Shown here: in pieces, positions 1 to 9,038 of the stretch | Position numbering within the stretch: position 1 is the stretch's first letter | Layout of the letters: each line of letters starts with the position of its first letter | NCBI GenBank assembly: GCA_038226785.1 | Contig: JBBRQG010000003.1 | Coordinates: 196,583 to 260,582 of the forward strand | Reading direction: 5' to 3' | DNA from: Tepidisphaerales bacterium | GTDB lineage: Bacteria > Planctomycetota > Phycisphaerae > Tepidisphaerales > Tepidisphaeraceae | DNA: 64,000 bases | Translations under genes and position numbers: made by a program | The notes under the pieces: generated by a model | What the model was told of the DNA's origin: nothing | The model's database searches: none | What the model saw: only the letters and a program-made list of their open reading frames with translations

Positions 1-406
1 AGGCCAGTTCCGGGAGCGCACCTTCGTTTTCCCGCCGCTTCAGCGATGCGAATGCATCACGAATTCCGTACCTCCGAAGAATCGCATCACGCCAGCGATC
101 GAGGGTCAGAATCGTTACGCGGCCACCCCAGCGGGTTGAACGGGGGTCTTCCGCATAGGCAGTCAAGACGCCGTCCAGTTCGTTCGCGGCGGCAAGGCAG
201 TTCCGCGTGGCCGTTTCCGCCGAGAGCCCTTCGGACTGCAACTCAGTCAGGGCCAGCTTTAACATCATTTGAAAGTGCGTTTTGAAAAAGCCGACCCAGT
301 GAACGCGCGACGGCTCATCCGCCCCCAGATCCCAGTTGCACGCGACGTAATGCTGTGGGTCGGCCAGCAGAACGAACGGAGACAGGCTGGCGTTCGGGAC
401 GTTCAA
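1..406 (-). CDS. hypothetical protein, 3'-truncated by window edge (not in ORF track)
   Basis: Manual minus-strand translation of 1..421 is open to the window edge and protein-like (..HYVACNWDLGADEPSRVHWVGFFKTHFQMMLKLALTELQSEGLSAETATRNCLAAANELDGVLTAYAEDPRSTRWGGRVTILTLDRWRDAILRRYGIRDAFASLKRR..). Candidate TTG start at 404-406 overlaps the SDR TGA stop (TTGA coupling); alternative ATG at 266-268. No family recognised. Confidence 0.4.
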   Translation of the reverse strand, partial: MNVPNASLSPFVLLADPQHYVACNWDLGADEPSRVHWVGFFKTHFQMMLKLALTELQSEGLSAETATRNCLAAANELDGVLTAYAEDPRSTRWGGRVTILTLDRWRDAILRRYGIRDAFASLKRRENEGALPELA

Positions 407-1215
407 AGGCTCATCCCACCGTCAACGTGCAGCGTCTGCCCAGTGATGTAGCTGCTTGCTTCGGTGCACAGAAGCAACGCGATGCCGCTGCAGTCGGCGG
501 GCTGCCCGAGCCGCGCGAGCGGAACGGCATGGCGGACGACCTCATCCCGGCGCTGCTCGCTGCCAAACTGGCCATGGTTTCGCAACGTTTCGAACCATCC
601 TGGTGCGATGGTATTCACCAAAATATTGTGCTTGGCGAGGTCGCGAGCCCACGCGACGGTCACATTGGCGAGGGCCGCTTTGGTTGCACCGTATGCCATC
701 ATGTTGGGGTTACCACCGAGTTGCTGAATAGATCCGATGTTGATGATCCGCCCCCAGCGACGCTCGATCATCCCCGGCACCATCATCTGGGCCAGCATGA
801 TTGGCCCAACAACGTTGCACCGGTATTGGCGCAGCATTGCATCCGGCTGCGCCGAGAGCCACGGGACGGCTTCTTGAACGCCCACATTATTGATCAGAAT
901 GTCGACGTGGCCGAGGGCTTTTTGGACCTTGAGTCCGAAGGACGTGACGGCATCAAGGTCGGTCAGGTCTCCGTCGAAGGCGATCACATTCGACCCCGCA
1001 GCCCGCAGGCGGGATGCTTCGCCCTCCGCGACGGCTGCGTCAATATCCTGAATGGCCACGTGCGCCCCGGCTGCTGCCAGCGTTTCTGCGATGGCCAGCC
1101 CAATGCCACGGCCCGACCCGGTGATGACAGCGGTACGGCCCGCCAATGTGCGTTCAGTTGCCACGACGTTTCTTTCCGGCGTACTCGACCGTGATAACAC
1201 CGGCAGTACCGCCAC
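403..1215 (-). CDS. SDR family NAD(P)-dependent oxidoreductase
   Basis: TGSGRGIGLAIA Rossmann motif, NNVG, YGATKAA (YxxxK) catalytic motif; 270 aa. GTG start; 62-nt overlap with queF suggests the real start may be slightly downstream. Confidence 0.85.
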   Translation of the reverse strand: MAVLPVLSRSSTPERNVVATERTLAGRTAVITGSGRGIGLAIAETLAAAGAHVAIQDIDAAVAEGEASRLRAAGSNVIAFDGDLTDLDAVTSFGLKVQKALGHVDILINNVGVQEAVPWLSAQPDAMLRQYRCNVVGPIMLAQMMVPGMIERRWGRIINIGSIQQLGGNPNMMAYGATKAALANVTVAWARDLAKHNILVNTIAPGWFETLRNHGQFGSEQRRDEVVRHAVPLARLGQPADCSGIALLLCTEASSYITGQTLHVDGGMSL

Positions 1216-1588
1216 GCACGGCGAAATTTCCCTCGACCCTCAGCTTGCGCGGGGCCAGCACGGCGATCAGATCGTCGGCAATTGTGTTGGTGACTTTTTC
1301 GTAAAACATCCCCTGATTACGGAACGCGAGGTAATAAAGCTTGAGGCTTTTCATTTCCACATTCAACTTATCGGGGACGTAAGTCAGCGTGATGGTGGCA
1401 AAGTCGGGCTGTCCGGTCACCGGACAGACGCTGGTGAACTCGGGGAAAACAAACTGGATGGTGTAGTCCCGCCCGGGACACGGGTTGGGGAATGCTTCGA
1501 GGATGGTCCGAGGGTTGGCGACCTGTGCGGGTGTCAGGATGGACTTTGCCCCCAACTGGGTCAGACCTGGTTTTAGTTTTGCTGCCAT
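1154..1588 (-). CDS. queF: NADPH-dependent 7-cyano-7-deazaguanine (preQ0) reductase QueF
   Basis: EFTSVCPVTGQPDFA motif diagnostic of QueF (catalytic Cys); 144 aa unimodular type; ATG at 1586-1588 with AAGGA 7 nt upstream. Confidence 0.85.
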   Translation of the reverse strand: MAAKLKPGLTQLGAKSILTPAQVANPRTILEAFPNPCPGRDYTIQFVFPEFTSVCPVTGQPDFATITLTYVPDKLNVEMKSLKLYYLAFRNQGMFYEKVTNTIADDLIAVLAPRKLRVEGNFAVRGGTAGVITVEYAGKKRRGN

Positions 1589-1636
1589 AGATGAATCCTT
1601 GCCAAACTCCGCCAGAAGAGCGACGGGCGAGGAATA

Positions 1637-2563
1637 TTAGTCAGACGGAGGTAGTTGCGAAACATCGGGCTCAAACGACGCGCTTTCCGAGACAACGGCA
1701 AACGAGACAATTCGATCGAGGCGAAAGGCCCGGGTTTCGTTACGAAGATGGCAATGGGCCAGTAGCACCTGCCCTACACCGCCGCCGGTCTGCCCCCCAC
1801 GCCGGATCGACAGAGGGCGGACCACCCTCTCGGATGGCAGTGAGCTGCTTCGTCCGTCCTGATAAATGAGGCGGATCAGCTCGCCCCGCAGCGCTGCTGT
1901 GGACAAGGCCAGAGTCGTCGCCCGGCCACGCCAGTTTTCGCTGACAAGTGCGACGGCGCCGCCCTGAGCCTGAATTACATCCAGTAGTGTGAGTGCCGCC
2001 GGCTCGCGGGTCTGCCGGAGTGCGGCCAGCAGGTGCGTCAGTACGCCCCAGGTCGTCTGACAATCGGCGAGCGCCCGATGGGCCCCGGTCACCGCGATAC
2101 CCAGGCGGGCCGATAGCTTTTGCAGAGCATTCCCACCCTGACCGAAGACCCTGCGGGCGAGCTGGACCGTGTCCAAGACAATCGTCTTGCCAAAGACCTG
2201 CTCCATGTCCTGCCCGGCGCGAAAACATTCAGCGAAGAGAAACTGAAGGTCGAAGCGAACGTTGTGACCGATGATTACCGCGCCCTGCACGAGCGGCTTC
2301 CAGGCATCGATACAGTCGGTAAACGCCGGCTGATCGGCGAGCATCTCATCGGTGATGCCGGTGAGCGCGACGATCGCAGGCGAAAGCCGGACGCCGGGCT
2401 GAAAAAGCTGGCTGTATTCCGTGATCTCGCCAGATGGTTCGATGCGGAACAGTCCGAGCTCTGTAATGCGGTCGCCCCGCATGGGGTCGCTCCCGGTGGT
2501 CTCGACGTCAAGAAAGACCAGCGGAACATCGCGGATATCGGCTAGTAAAGACGGCGTGGGCAC
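1637..2563 (-). CDS. DEDDh 3'-5' exonuclease (DnaQ/epsilon-like) with C-terminal WYL-like domain
   Basis: Exo motifs: FLDVETTG (Exo I, D-x-E), IIGHNVRFDLQFL (Exo II), GAHRALADCQ (Exo III, H-x4-D). C-terminal ~110 aa shows WYL-like signature (RVVRPLSI..G..VLLAHCHLRNETRAFRLDRIVSF). Confidence 0.7.
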   Translation of the reverse strand: MPTPSLLADIRDVPLVFLDVETTGSDPMRGDRITELGLFRIEPSGEITEYSQLFQPGVRLSPAIVALTGITDEMLADQPAFTDCIDAWKPLVQGAVIIGHNVRFDLQFLFAECFRAGQDMEQVFGKTIVLDTVQLARRVFGQGGNALQKLSARLGIAVTGAHRALADCQTTWGVLTHLLAALRQTREPAALTLLDVIQAQGGAVALVSENWRGRATTLALSTAALRGELIRLIYQDGRSSSLPSERVVRPLSIRRGGQTGGGVGQVLLAHCHLRNETRAFRLDRIVSFAVVSESASFEPDVSQLPPSD

Positions 2564-2583
2564 ACTTTTGTCGCTCGGTTGGA

Positions 2584-3357
2584 TTATCTGTCGGCCGTCG
2601 CCCGGGCGTACAGATTATTCACTTCGACCCAGTTCACGATGCTCCACCAGGCCGAAAGATAATCCGCCCGCTTGTTCTGATACTTCAGATAGTAGGCGTG
2701 TTCCCAGACGTCCACTCCCAGAATCGGCTTACCGCTCACACCCGAAATCTCGGCACCCATCCAAGGGCTGTCCTGGTTGGCCGTTGAAACGACACTCAAG
2801 GCGCCGGTCTCACCGACCATCAGCCATGCCCAGCCGCTGCCAAATCGACTCATGGCGGCCGCAGCGAATTTCTCCTGCAACCCCTTCATTGATCCGAAAG
2901 TTTTGCCGATCTCTCCCGCCAGCACGCTGGCTGGTTCTCCTCCCGTGCCCGCCGGTGCCATCCACGTCCAAAATTGCGAGTGGTTCAAAAGGCCACCCAC
3001 GTTGTTCCGAACAGTCATGCGTTTTTCAACCGGAATTTCACCAAATCGCCTGAATACTTCCAAGGCACTTGGCTCTTTCATACCCGCCAGCGGCGTACCC
3101 GCCAACGCCTTGTTGGCATTGTCCACATATGCCTTGTGGTGCTTCCCGTGGTGGATCTCCATTGTCATCTTATCAATGGCAGGTTCCAGCGCATCTAGGA
3201 CGTAGGGCAACGGTGGGAGAACAAATCCCGCCGGGGGGGTGGCCATGGCCGAATCAGGGGCGGCCATTCCTAGCACGCCCGGAAGCACGCCGACGGCACC
3301 CGCCATACCCGCAGCAGCCAGAATATCCCGCCGTGAAAGACCTGCTTCATTCGCCAT
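2584..3357 (-). CDS. Fe/Mn-family superoxide dismutase with Tat signal peptide (periplasmic)
   Basis: N-terminal RRDILAAAGMAGA twin-arginine signal; HHGKHH, DVWEHAYY signatures of Fe/Mn SOD. Confidence 0.9.
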   Translation of the reverse strand: MANEAGLSRRDILAAAGMAGAVGVLPGVLGMAAPDSAMATPPAGFVLPPLPYVLDALEPAIDKMTMEIHHGKHHKAYVDNANKALAGTPLAGMKEPSALEVFRRFGEIPVEKRMTVRNNVGGLLNHSQFWTWMAPAGTGGEPASVLAGEIGKTFGSMKGLQEKFAAAAMSRFGSGWAWLMVGETGALSVVSTANQDSPWMGAEISGVSGKPILGVDVWEHAYYLKYQNKRADYLSAWWSIVNWVEVNNLYARATADR

Positions 3358-3405
3358 GATTCGTCACTCCCAAAAAAAGAATCGGACAACAAGAGTCTAT
3401 GCCCC

Positions 3406-4404
3406 TCAGACGTACACAGATTTCGGCGGGGCCGGCTTAGATCCAACTGAGTCGCCGGGCAACTCCAGCGTGCCAACCAAGTCGGCCAGCCGAGATACTC
3501 CCATTCGCACGCAGTAATCTTTCAATCCCGCTTCAACCTTTACCGGCGTAGAAGGGTCGACAAACAATGCCGTCCCGATGCTGACCGCGCTGGCCCCGGC
3601 CAGAACGAACTCGGCCGCGTCTTCCCAAGTCTGGACACCACCCATGCCGACGATCGGCACCCCTGCCGCCTTGGCCACTCCACGGTAAACACGGCTGACC
3701 AGGTGCACGGCAATAGGGCGGATGGCTGGCCCACTGAGGCCTCCGGTGACGTTGGCCAGACGGGGTTTGCGGGTGCGGACATCAATGCTCATGGCTGTGA
3801 AGGTGTTGACGAGCGTCAAAACGTCGGCCCCGCCGTCGATGGCTGCGGCCGCCGTCAAGACGATGTCTTCAACGTTGGGGCTAAGTTTGACCATCAGTGG
3901 CTTCGCCCCGACCGCGGCTTTGACCACTCGGACGAGTTCCTTGAGGCGCACCGCATCAGTACCAAACGTCAGGCCGTCTTTCACATTCGGGCAACTCACA
4001 TTCAGTTCAACACCCTTGACGTCGCGCTGCTGTGCGACCCGGCCGGCCGTTTCAACGTAATCGTCGGTGCTGTGCCCGGCGACGTTGACGATGACCGGAC
4101 AGACCATCCCGGCGATGAGCGGCAGCTTTTCCGCTAAAAAGCGCTCAAGGCCTACATTGGCCAAGCCAATGGCATTGAGCATCCCCGCCCGCGTTTCGAC
4201 GATACGGGTCGGCGCATTCCCCAGACGTTCTTTGAGGGTAATGCTCTTGGTGACGAATGCACCGAGCTTGCCGAAGTCGAGCCAGTCGGCGTATTCCGTC
4301 GCATAGCCGCAGGTTCCACTGCACGTCAGTGTCGGGTGGGCCACCCTTAGGCCGCCCAGCGTGACCCCCATATCAACTTCAACCGCCTTCGCCGCAGATT
4401 CCAT
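3406..4404 (-). CDS. pyrD: dihydroorotate dehydrogenase (class 1 catalytic subunit)
   Basis: GLANVG, NVSCPN, VKLSPN, GGV..G motifs of PyrD TIM barrel. Track ORF starts at 4500 but an internal Met (MESAAKAVE..) at 4404 fits homolog length; the upstream 32 aa are Arg/Pro/Trp-rich junk. Confidence 0.8.
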   Translation of the reverse strand: MESAAKAVEVDMGVTLGGLRVAHPTLTCSGTCGYATEYADWLDFGKLGAFVTKSITLKERLGNAPTRIVETRAGMLNAIGLANVGLERFLAEKLPLIAGMVCPVIVNVAGHSTDDYVETAGRVAQQRDVKGVELNVSCPNVKDGLTFGTDAVRLKELVRVVKAAVGAKPLMVKLSPNVEDIVLTAAAAIDGGADVLTLVNTFTAMSIDVRTRKPRLANVTGGLSGPAIRPIAVHLVSRVYRGVAKAAGVPIVGMGGVQTWEDAAEFVLAGASAVSIGTALFVDPSTPVKVEAGLKDYCVRMGVSRLADLVGTLELPGDSVGSKPAPPKSVYV

Positions 4405-4500
4405 GAGCGTTGTTATACCAGCAGCGGGGCACTTGCGGCCCCAAGGCCAACGCGGTGCGATTGCCGGTTTTCCTAGCCGGGCGTACCCTGTGCGGTCCAA

Positions 4501-5253
4501 ATGTTCCGCCTTTCAAAGCATGGTTTTTGGGAAATACTCATTGGCACGGTGCTGCTGGCCCTCTGCGGGGCTGGGCTCGCCTGGCTGTGGTGGCCGCTGG
4601 CAGCGATACCGGCTGCGATCTGGTTGTGGCTGATAGCATTTTTCCGCGATCCGGACCGGAACATCCCCCTCAGTGCGCACCACATGGTCAGCCCGGCCGA
4701 CGGGCTTGTTAGTGATGTGATGGAGATCACAACGGACTCGCCGGTGGATGAACCTGCTCTACGGATCGGAATATTTCTGAACGTGTTCAACGTACACGTC
4801 AACCGATCACCGTGTGCCGGAAAAGTGGCACGCGTGATCTACAAAAAGGGCAAGTTCCTCAACGCCATGGATCACTCCGGCGCGTCTTCAGATAACGAGT
4901 CCAACACCATCGTATTGGTCGATGAAGCCTCATCGGCAGGCGGCACTGTGGATGCCCGGCCGAAAGTCGCCATGAAACAGATTGTCGGGCTGATCGCCCG
5001 GCGGATCATCTGCACCGTCCGTCCCGGCGATACCGTGACGCAGGGCGAACGGGTTGGCCTGATTAAGTTTGGTTCGCGGACGGAGCTCTATGTTCCGCTT
5101 CGGCTCGCGCCAACTGCTTTGGTTCGGGTCGGGCAGAAAGTGGTCGGCGGCCGCGATGTATTAGTGCGACTTGGCGAGGGAGCGACCAATGGGGCTGCGG
5201 GGCACTCTCCTGCATCGACTCCGGACGCTCAGGCGGAGCCACACCACCCGTGA
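4501..5253 (+). CDS. psd: phosphatidylserine decarboxylase proenzyme (short archaeal-type Psd)
   Basis: N-terminal TM helices, FFRDPDR motif, IKFGSRTE (G-S self-cleavage site motif of PSD proenzymes); followed by pssA. Confidence 0.75.
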   Translation: MFRLSKHGFWEILIGTVLLALCGAGLAWLWWPLAAIPAAIWLWLIAFFRDPDRNIPLSAHHMVSPADGLVSDVMEITTDSPVDEPALRIGIFLNVFNVHVNRSPCAGKVARVIYKKGKFLNAMDHSGASSDNESNTIVLVDEASSAGGTVDARPKVAMKQIVGLIARRIICTVRPGDTVTQGERVGLIKFGSRTELYVPLRLAPTALVRVGQKVVGGRDVLVRLGEGATNGAAGHSPASTPDAQAEPHHP

Positions 5254-6200
5254 GCCCCCTGCCCCCGCAAAAGATCAAGCAGCTCACTCGCGAGGAGCGG
5301 CATCTACGCCGCCAGAAGCGCCGCCAGCGGCTGCGGCGTAGATCGCGCAGGGCCTACATCCGGTCGGTGCACCTGCTGCCGTCAATGGCAACCCTTGGCA
5401 ATGTGATTTGCGGGTTTGCTGCGATCTACGTGACGGCTCTATCGGCGGCGGAGGCCGGTAGCGACCCAGTGGCTGTCTACTTTGCTGACCATCGATTCTC
5501 TGCCGCCGCGTATCTGATTTTCGCTGCGATGATATTTGATGCCCTCGACGGGCGTTTGGCCCGCCTGACACGGCATACCACGGATTTCGGCGGACAGCTC
5601 GACAGCATGGCGGACGTACTCTCCTTCGGGGCAGCACCGGCATTTCTGGCCATCCAGCTTTTCAAGCACTCTGGCCCGGCCGTGCCACTGGAAGTTTCGC
5701 GGCTGATCTGGGCGACGGGTGCCTTGTACGTATCGTGCGCAGCGATCCGTCTCGCCCGTTTTAATGTGAGCAACGAGCACGGAGAGCAACATCACTTTTC
5801 GTTTCTCGGATTGCCGAGTCCCGGCGCCGGGGCACTAATCGCAGCGTTTGTACTGGCCCATCAAACTCTTTCTCACACACTGCCGGCGCTGCCGTTTGCC
5901 CCCTCGCAGGCTGCGGAGGGCTTTCAAGAATCGCTGGCCCGAATCCTGATCTTGCTTCTGCCCTTTATTGTTGCCTCCGCTGGGCTGCTGATGGTCTCGA
6001 CCATTCGCTACCCGCACCTGGTGAACCGGTATTTACGGGGTAGCCGGTCGCTCGCACGGCTGATCGGCGTTCTGGCGGTGGTGCTGCTAATGGTGACTCA
6101 TCACCAGTTCACGCTGGCCATTGGGACAGGGCTCTTCGTCGCGTCGGGTCCGATCAGTGCACTCCGGGCACGGGTCCTGCGTACCCCGAAGTCAACTTAG
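5250..6200 (+). CDS. pssA: CDP-diacylglycerol--serine O-phosphatidyltransferase (CDP-alcohol phosphatidyltransferase family)
   Basis: DALDGRLAR..G..LDSMAD CDP-OH transferase motif, multi-TM. GTG start overlapping the psd TGA (GTGA). Unusual Arg-rich 45-aa N-terminal extension. Confidence 0.8.
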   Translation: MSPLPPQKIKQLTREERHLRRQKRRQRLRRRSRRAYIRSVHLLPSMATLGNVICGFAAIYVTALSAAEAGSDPVAVYFADHRFSAAAYLIFAAMIFDALDGRLARLTRHTTDFGGQLDSMADVLSFGAAPAFLAIQLFKHSGPAVPLEVSRLIWATGALYVSCAAIRLARFNVSNEHGEQHHFSFLGLPSPGAGALIAAFVLAHQTLSHTLPALPFAPSQAAEGFQESLARILILLLPFIVASAGLLMVSTIRYPHLVNRYLRGSRSLARLIGVLAVVLLMVTHHQFTLAIGTGLFVASGPISALRARVLRTPKST

Positions 6201-6218
6201 GCTAACATCCCACCCCCT

Positions 6219-7871
6219 ATGTCTCAGATCGACCCGTCCCAGATTGTCACTCGCTTCGCCCCTTCGCCCACCGGCTACCTGCATGTCGGAGGTGCCCGGA
6301 CGGCGTTGTTCAATTGGCTACTCGCGCGGAACACCGGCGGGCGGTTCCTTCTTCGCATCGAAGACACGGACATCGCTCGCTCGACGGAGGACGCCACCCG
6401 GCAACTGGTCGATGATTTGAAATGGCTGGGTCTCGAGTGGGATAATGCCGAGCTGGTCTATCAATCCAGACGGCTCGACATCTACAACAAAATCATCGAT
6501 GGTCTGATGTCCCGCGGTCTCGCGTACGAGGCATGGGAAACGCAGACGGAGATGGAAGCCCTCCGCAAAAGCGCAGAGCGCGCTCGTCGGCCGTTCCTTT
6601 ACAAGCGGACGAACTACACCGCCGATCAACTGGCCCAGTTCAAGGCCGAAGGTCGAAAGAGCGTGGTCCGGTTCGTCATGCCGGTAAAGGAATACTCGTT
6701 TCGTGACGTGGTCCTCGACAAAGACATCACTCAACCTGCCAACGAGTCCCAGGATTTTGTCATCCGCAAGTCCGACGGCATGCCGACTTATCACTTCGGC
6801 GTGGTCATCGATGACGAGGAAATGGGAGTGACCCATGTCTTGCGCGGACTGGAGCACCTCAAGAACACCTTCAACCACATCGCACTTCAGGAAGCACTGG
6901 GCTACCGCCGGCCGACCTACGCCCATTTGTCAGTCATGTTGAATCCTGAGACCGGTGAAAAGCTGTCCAAGCGCGATCGGGACAGGCGCATTCGTAAACG
7001 CGTGCAGGAAGTCATGCGGTCGACCAAGCGTCCTGCCCCGGACATTGCCGCCGCAGCCCAAATGGAACTGCCGCGTTTTGAACACTGGCTGGCCACGGAG
7101 ACGGTCCAGTTGGATCTGACTGAACAACCCAAAGTCATGGCCGTCGTGGGCCTTACTGAGGGTGACCTGCCTGAGATCATGATCCACGACTTCCGCCGCA
7201 ACGGCTATACGCCTGAGGTGCTTCTCAACTTTCTGGCCCTGCAGGGATGGAGCGCCGGCGGAGACGATGAAAAGTTCACCATTCCTGAGCTGATCAAGCG
7301 ATTCACCGTTGACCGGATCAATGCTTCCAACCCGAAGTTCAACCGCGAAAAGCTGCGTTCCTTTTCGACGGACTTCTTCGCTGCGGCTTCGCCGGAACGT
7401 CTGCTGTCGGCCCTTCGCGATTATCTGCGCGTCAACCCCGAAAGCTCGCTGAACCGGGGTACGGATGAGCAGCTTGCGACCATCCTGCGCGTTGGCCATG
7501 GGTTCCATACGCTGCGCGACATGGACGAAAAGGCCCGCTTTCTGCTGATACCGGATGCTGAAATTCGCTACGCCCCCGATGCCGTGGCGAAAATACTCTT
7601 GAAAAATGACGGCGAAGGCACGAAGGCGCTGGCCGGAGTGCGTGGTCTGCTTGCAAGCGCCACTGACTTTACAGGGCATGCTCTGGAAGCTGCCGTCAAG
7701 AGCTATTGCGAGGAGAAGCAACTTGGCCTCGGCAAGGTTGCCCAGCCCATCCGGGTGGCCGTGTGCGGGACGGCCGTCTCGCCTCCGATTTTTGAATGCA
7801 TGGAGTTCATCGGCAAGCCATCCGTACTGGCCCGGATTGACCGGGCGCTGACCATTGCAGCCGCTTCGTAA
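6219..7871 (+). CDS. gltX: glutamate--tRNA ligase
   Basis: TRFAPSPTGYLHVGGARTALFNWL (HIGH class I motif), KLSKR (KMSKS), C-terminal anticodon-binding region; 550 aa. Confidence 0.9.
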   Translation: MSQIDPSQIVTRFAPSPTGYLHVGGARTALFNWLLARNTGGRFLLRIEDTDIARSTEDATRQLVDDLKWLGLEWDNAELVYQSRRLDIYNKIIDGLMSRGLAYEAWETQTEMEALRKSAERARRPFLYKRTNYTADQLAQFKAEGRKSVVRFVMPVKEYSFRDVVLDKDITQPANESQDFVIRKSDGMPTYHFGVVIDDEEMGVTHVLRGLEHLKNTFNHIALQEALGYRRPTYAHLSVMLNPETGEKLSKRDRDRRIRKRVQEVMRSTKRPAPDIAAAAQMELPRFEHWLATETVQLDLTEQPKVMAVVGLTEGDLPEIMIHDFRRNGYTPEVLLNFLALQGWSAGGDDEKFTIPELIKRFTVDRINASNPKFNREKLRSFSTDFFAAASPERLLSALRDYLRVNPESSLNRGTDEQLATILRVGHGFHTLRDMDEKARFLLIPDAEIRYAPDAVAKILLKNDGEGTKALAGVRGLLASATDFTGHALEAAVKSYCEEKQLGLGKVAQPIRVAVCGTAVSPPIFECMEFIGKPSVLARIDRALTIAAAS

Positions 7872-7872
7872 G

Positions 7873-9000
7873 TCACCGATCCGGCAAAATGTCGTTTGCT
7901 GCAAGCCTGAAAAATAGCCGGGCAGCACTGGCCTGTGCCTTCAACTCGGCGGCTCGCAACTTCGCGCCGGCTGAAACAGCGTCATCCCACCGCTTGGGGT
8001 GACGGCCGCCTGCATCGCGGTTTTGATTCCAGACAAAGTCGCCTGCCTTCCGAACCATTTGTTCCCACTTCGCATCATGTTCTTCCCGGCCAAGTTCCAG
8101 CAAAGCCTCTGCAAGCAGATGCGCGAAACAGGCTTCGTCAGCCACTTTGCCGTCAGGCTTGAACCACCGAGCCGCGGCTGATTCACCGATATGGCGTGCT
8201 TCGGCCGCGTATTTTGCCTCGCCTGTGACCGCCCCCATCAGCAGATTGGCTCGAATCATCAGCGCAGAATTGTAGGAGAACTTCGTCTTATCGACCGCTC
8301 CGTCAAGCCCGATGTGATCGTAAAAAAGGCCGTCTGCCGGGTCTTGCAAATGGTTGACCGTCCACTCGTATAGCCGCACGCCGGTATGGCGATAGGACTG
8401 CTTATCTGTCAACTGAAACAGCCGTAGAGCCCCGACAATGGCCGGAGCGTTGGCACAAGTATTTTTCGACGACTTCTCGCTCTCCCGCCAGTAAAGGCCG
8501 CCGCCCAGCTGCTTGTCTTCGCCAGAAAGCACAAAGTCTTCTGCACTCTCGGCCCGCTGTAAGTAGGCCGCGTCCTTTGTGAGTTCGTACGCCTCAATGA
8601 GTCCGAGCACGACCCACGCATTGTCGTCGTAATAGCGGTCAGCAGCCTTCGCCCGATACGAAGCCGAATAGCCCCCGATCCCATCCGCCACAATCCAGTA
8701 TTTGTCGAGCAGGCTGACGCAGGCTTTCATCGGTGCTAGATACCGCACCCCGTCTACTTTTGCTGCTGCCGTCAATGCAGACAACTGAATGCCCATCGAC
8801 CAGTTATAGGCCGTTTGCGCCTCCTTTGCCGTGCCATCGCCTTGCACTTCCAGATAGACGCCGCGCTCCGGCAGGTAAAACCGCTGCTCAATGATGGCCA
8901 GCGTCGCGCGGCCTCGGTCCACGTCAACGGCCTCTGCCGCGAAAGTGCTCGAAACAGCCAAAACCAAACCAGTTGCAACTGATATCGTTGGACGCAGCAT
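7873..9000 (-). CDS. secreted glycoside hydrolase family 76-like (alpha-1,6-mannanase-like)
   Basis: Signal peptide; YYDDNAWVVLGLIEAYELT and LYWRE motifs typical of GH76 (alpha/alpha)6 barrel enzymes. Confidence 0.55.
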   Translation of the reverse strand: MLRPTISVATGLVLAVSSTFAAEAVDVDRGRATLAIIEQRFYLPERGVYLEVQGDGTAKEAQTAYNWSMGIQLSALTAAAKVDGVRYLAPMKACVSLLDKYWIVADGIGGYSASYRAKAADRYYDDNAWVVLGLIEAYELTKDAAYLQRAESAEDFVLSGEDKQLGGGLYWRESEKSSKNTCANAPAIVGALRLFQLTDKQSYRHTGVRLYEWTVNHLQDPADGLFYDHIGLDGAVDKTKFSYNSALMIRANLLMGAVTGEAKYAAEARHIGESAAARWFKPDGKVADEACFAHLLAEALLELGREEHDAKWEQMVRKAGDFVWNQNRDAGGRHPKRWDDAVSAGAKLRAAELKAQASAARLFFRLAANDILPDR

Positions 9001-9038
9001 CGTCCAGTACAGTACACCGTTCCACCAAGACTCGTAAC

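Noticed and set aside
355-1194. Long antisense ORFs opposite real genes (e.g. 355..1194+, 6930..7928-, 18158..18835-, 19151..19810-, 22732..23427-, 31073..32305+, 35489..36175+, 36445..37791-)
   Set aside because: Typical high-GC antisense open frames: Arg/Pro/Gly-rich, no motifs, and each fully overlaps a motif-supported gene on the other strand.
8973-9038. Track start (8973) for the GT-C glycosyltransferase
   Set aside because: Would overlap the divergently oriented GH76 start/signal peptide by 28 nt; an in-frame GTG at 9039 is more plausible.
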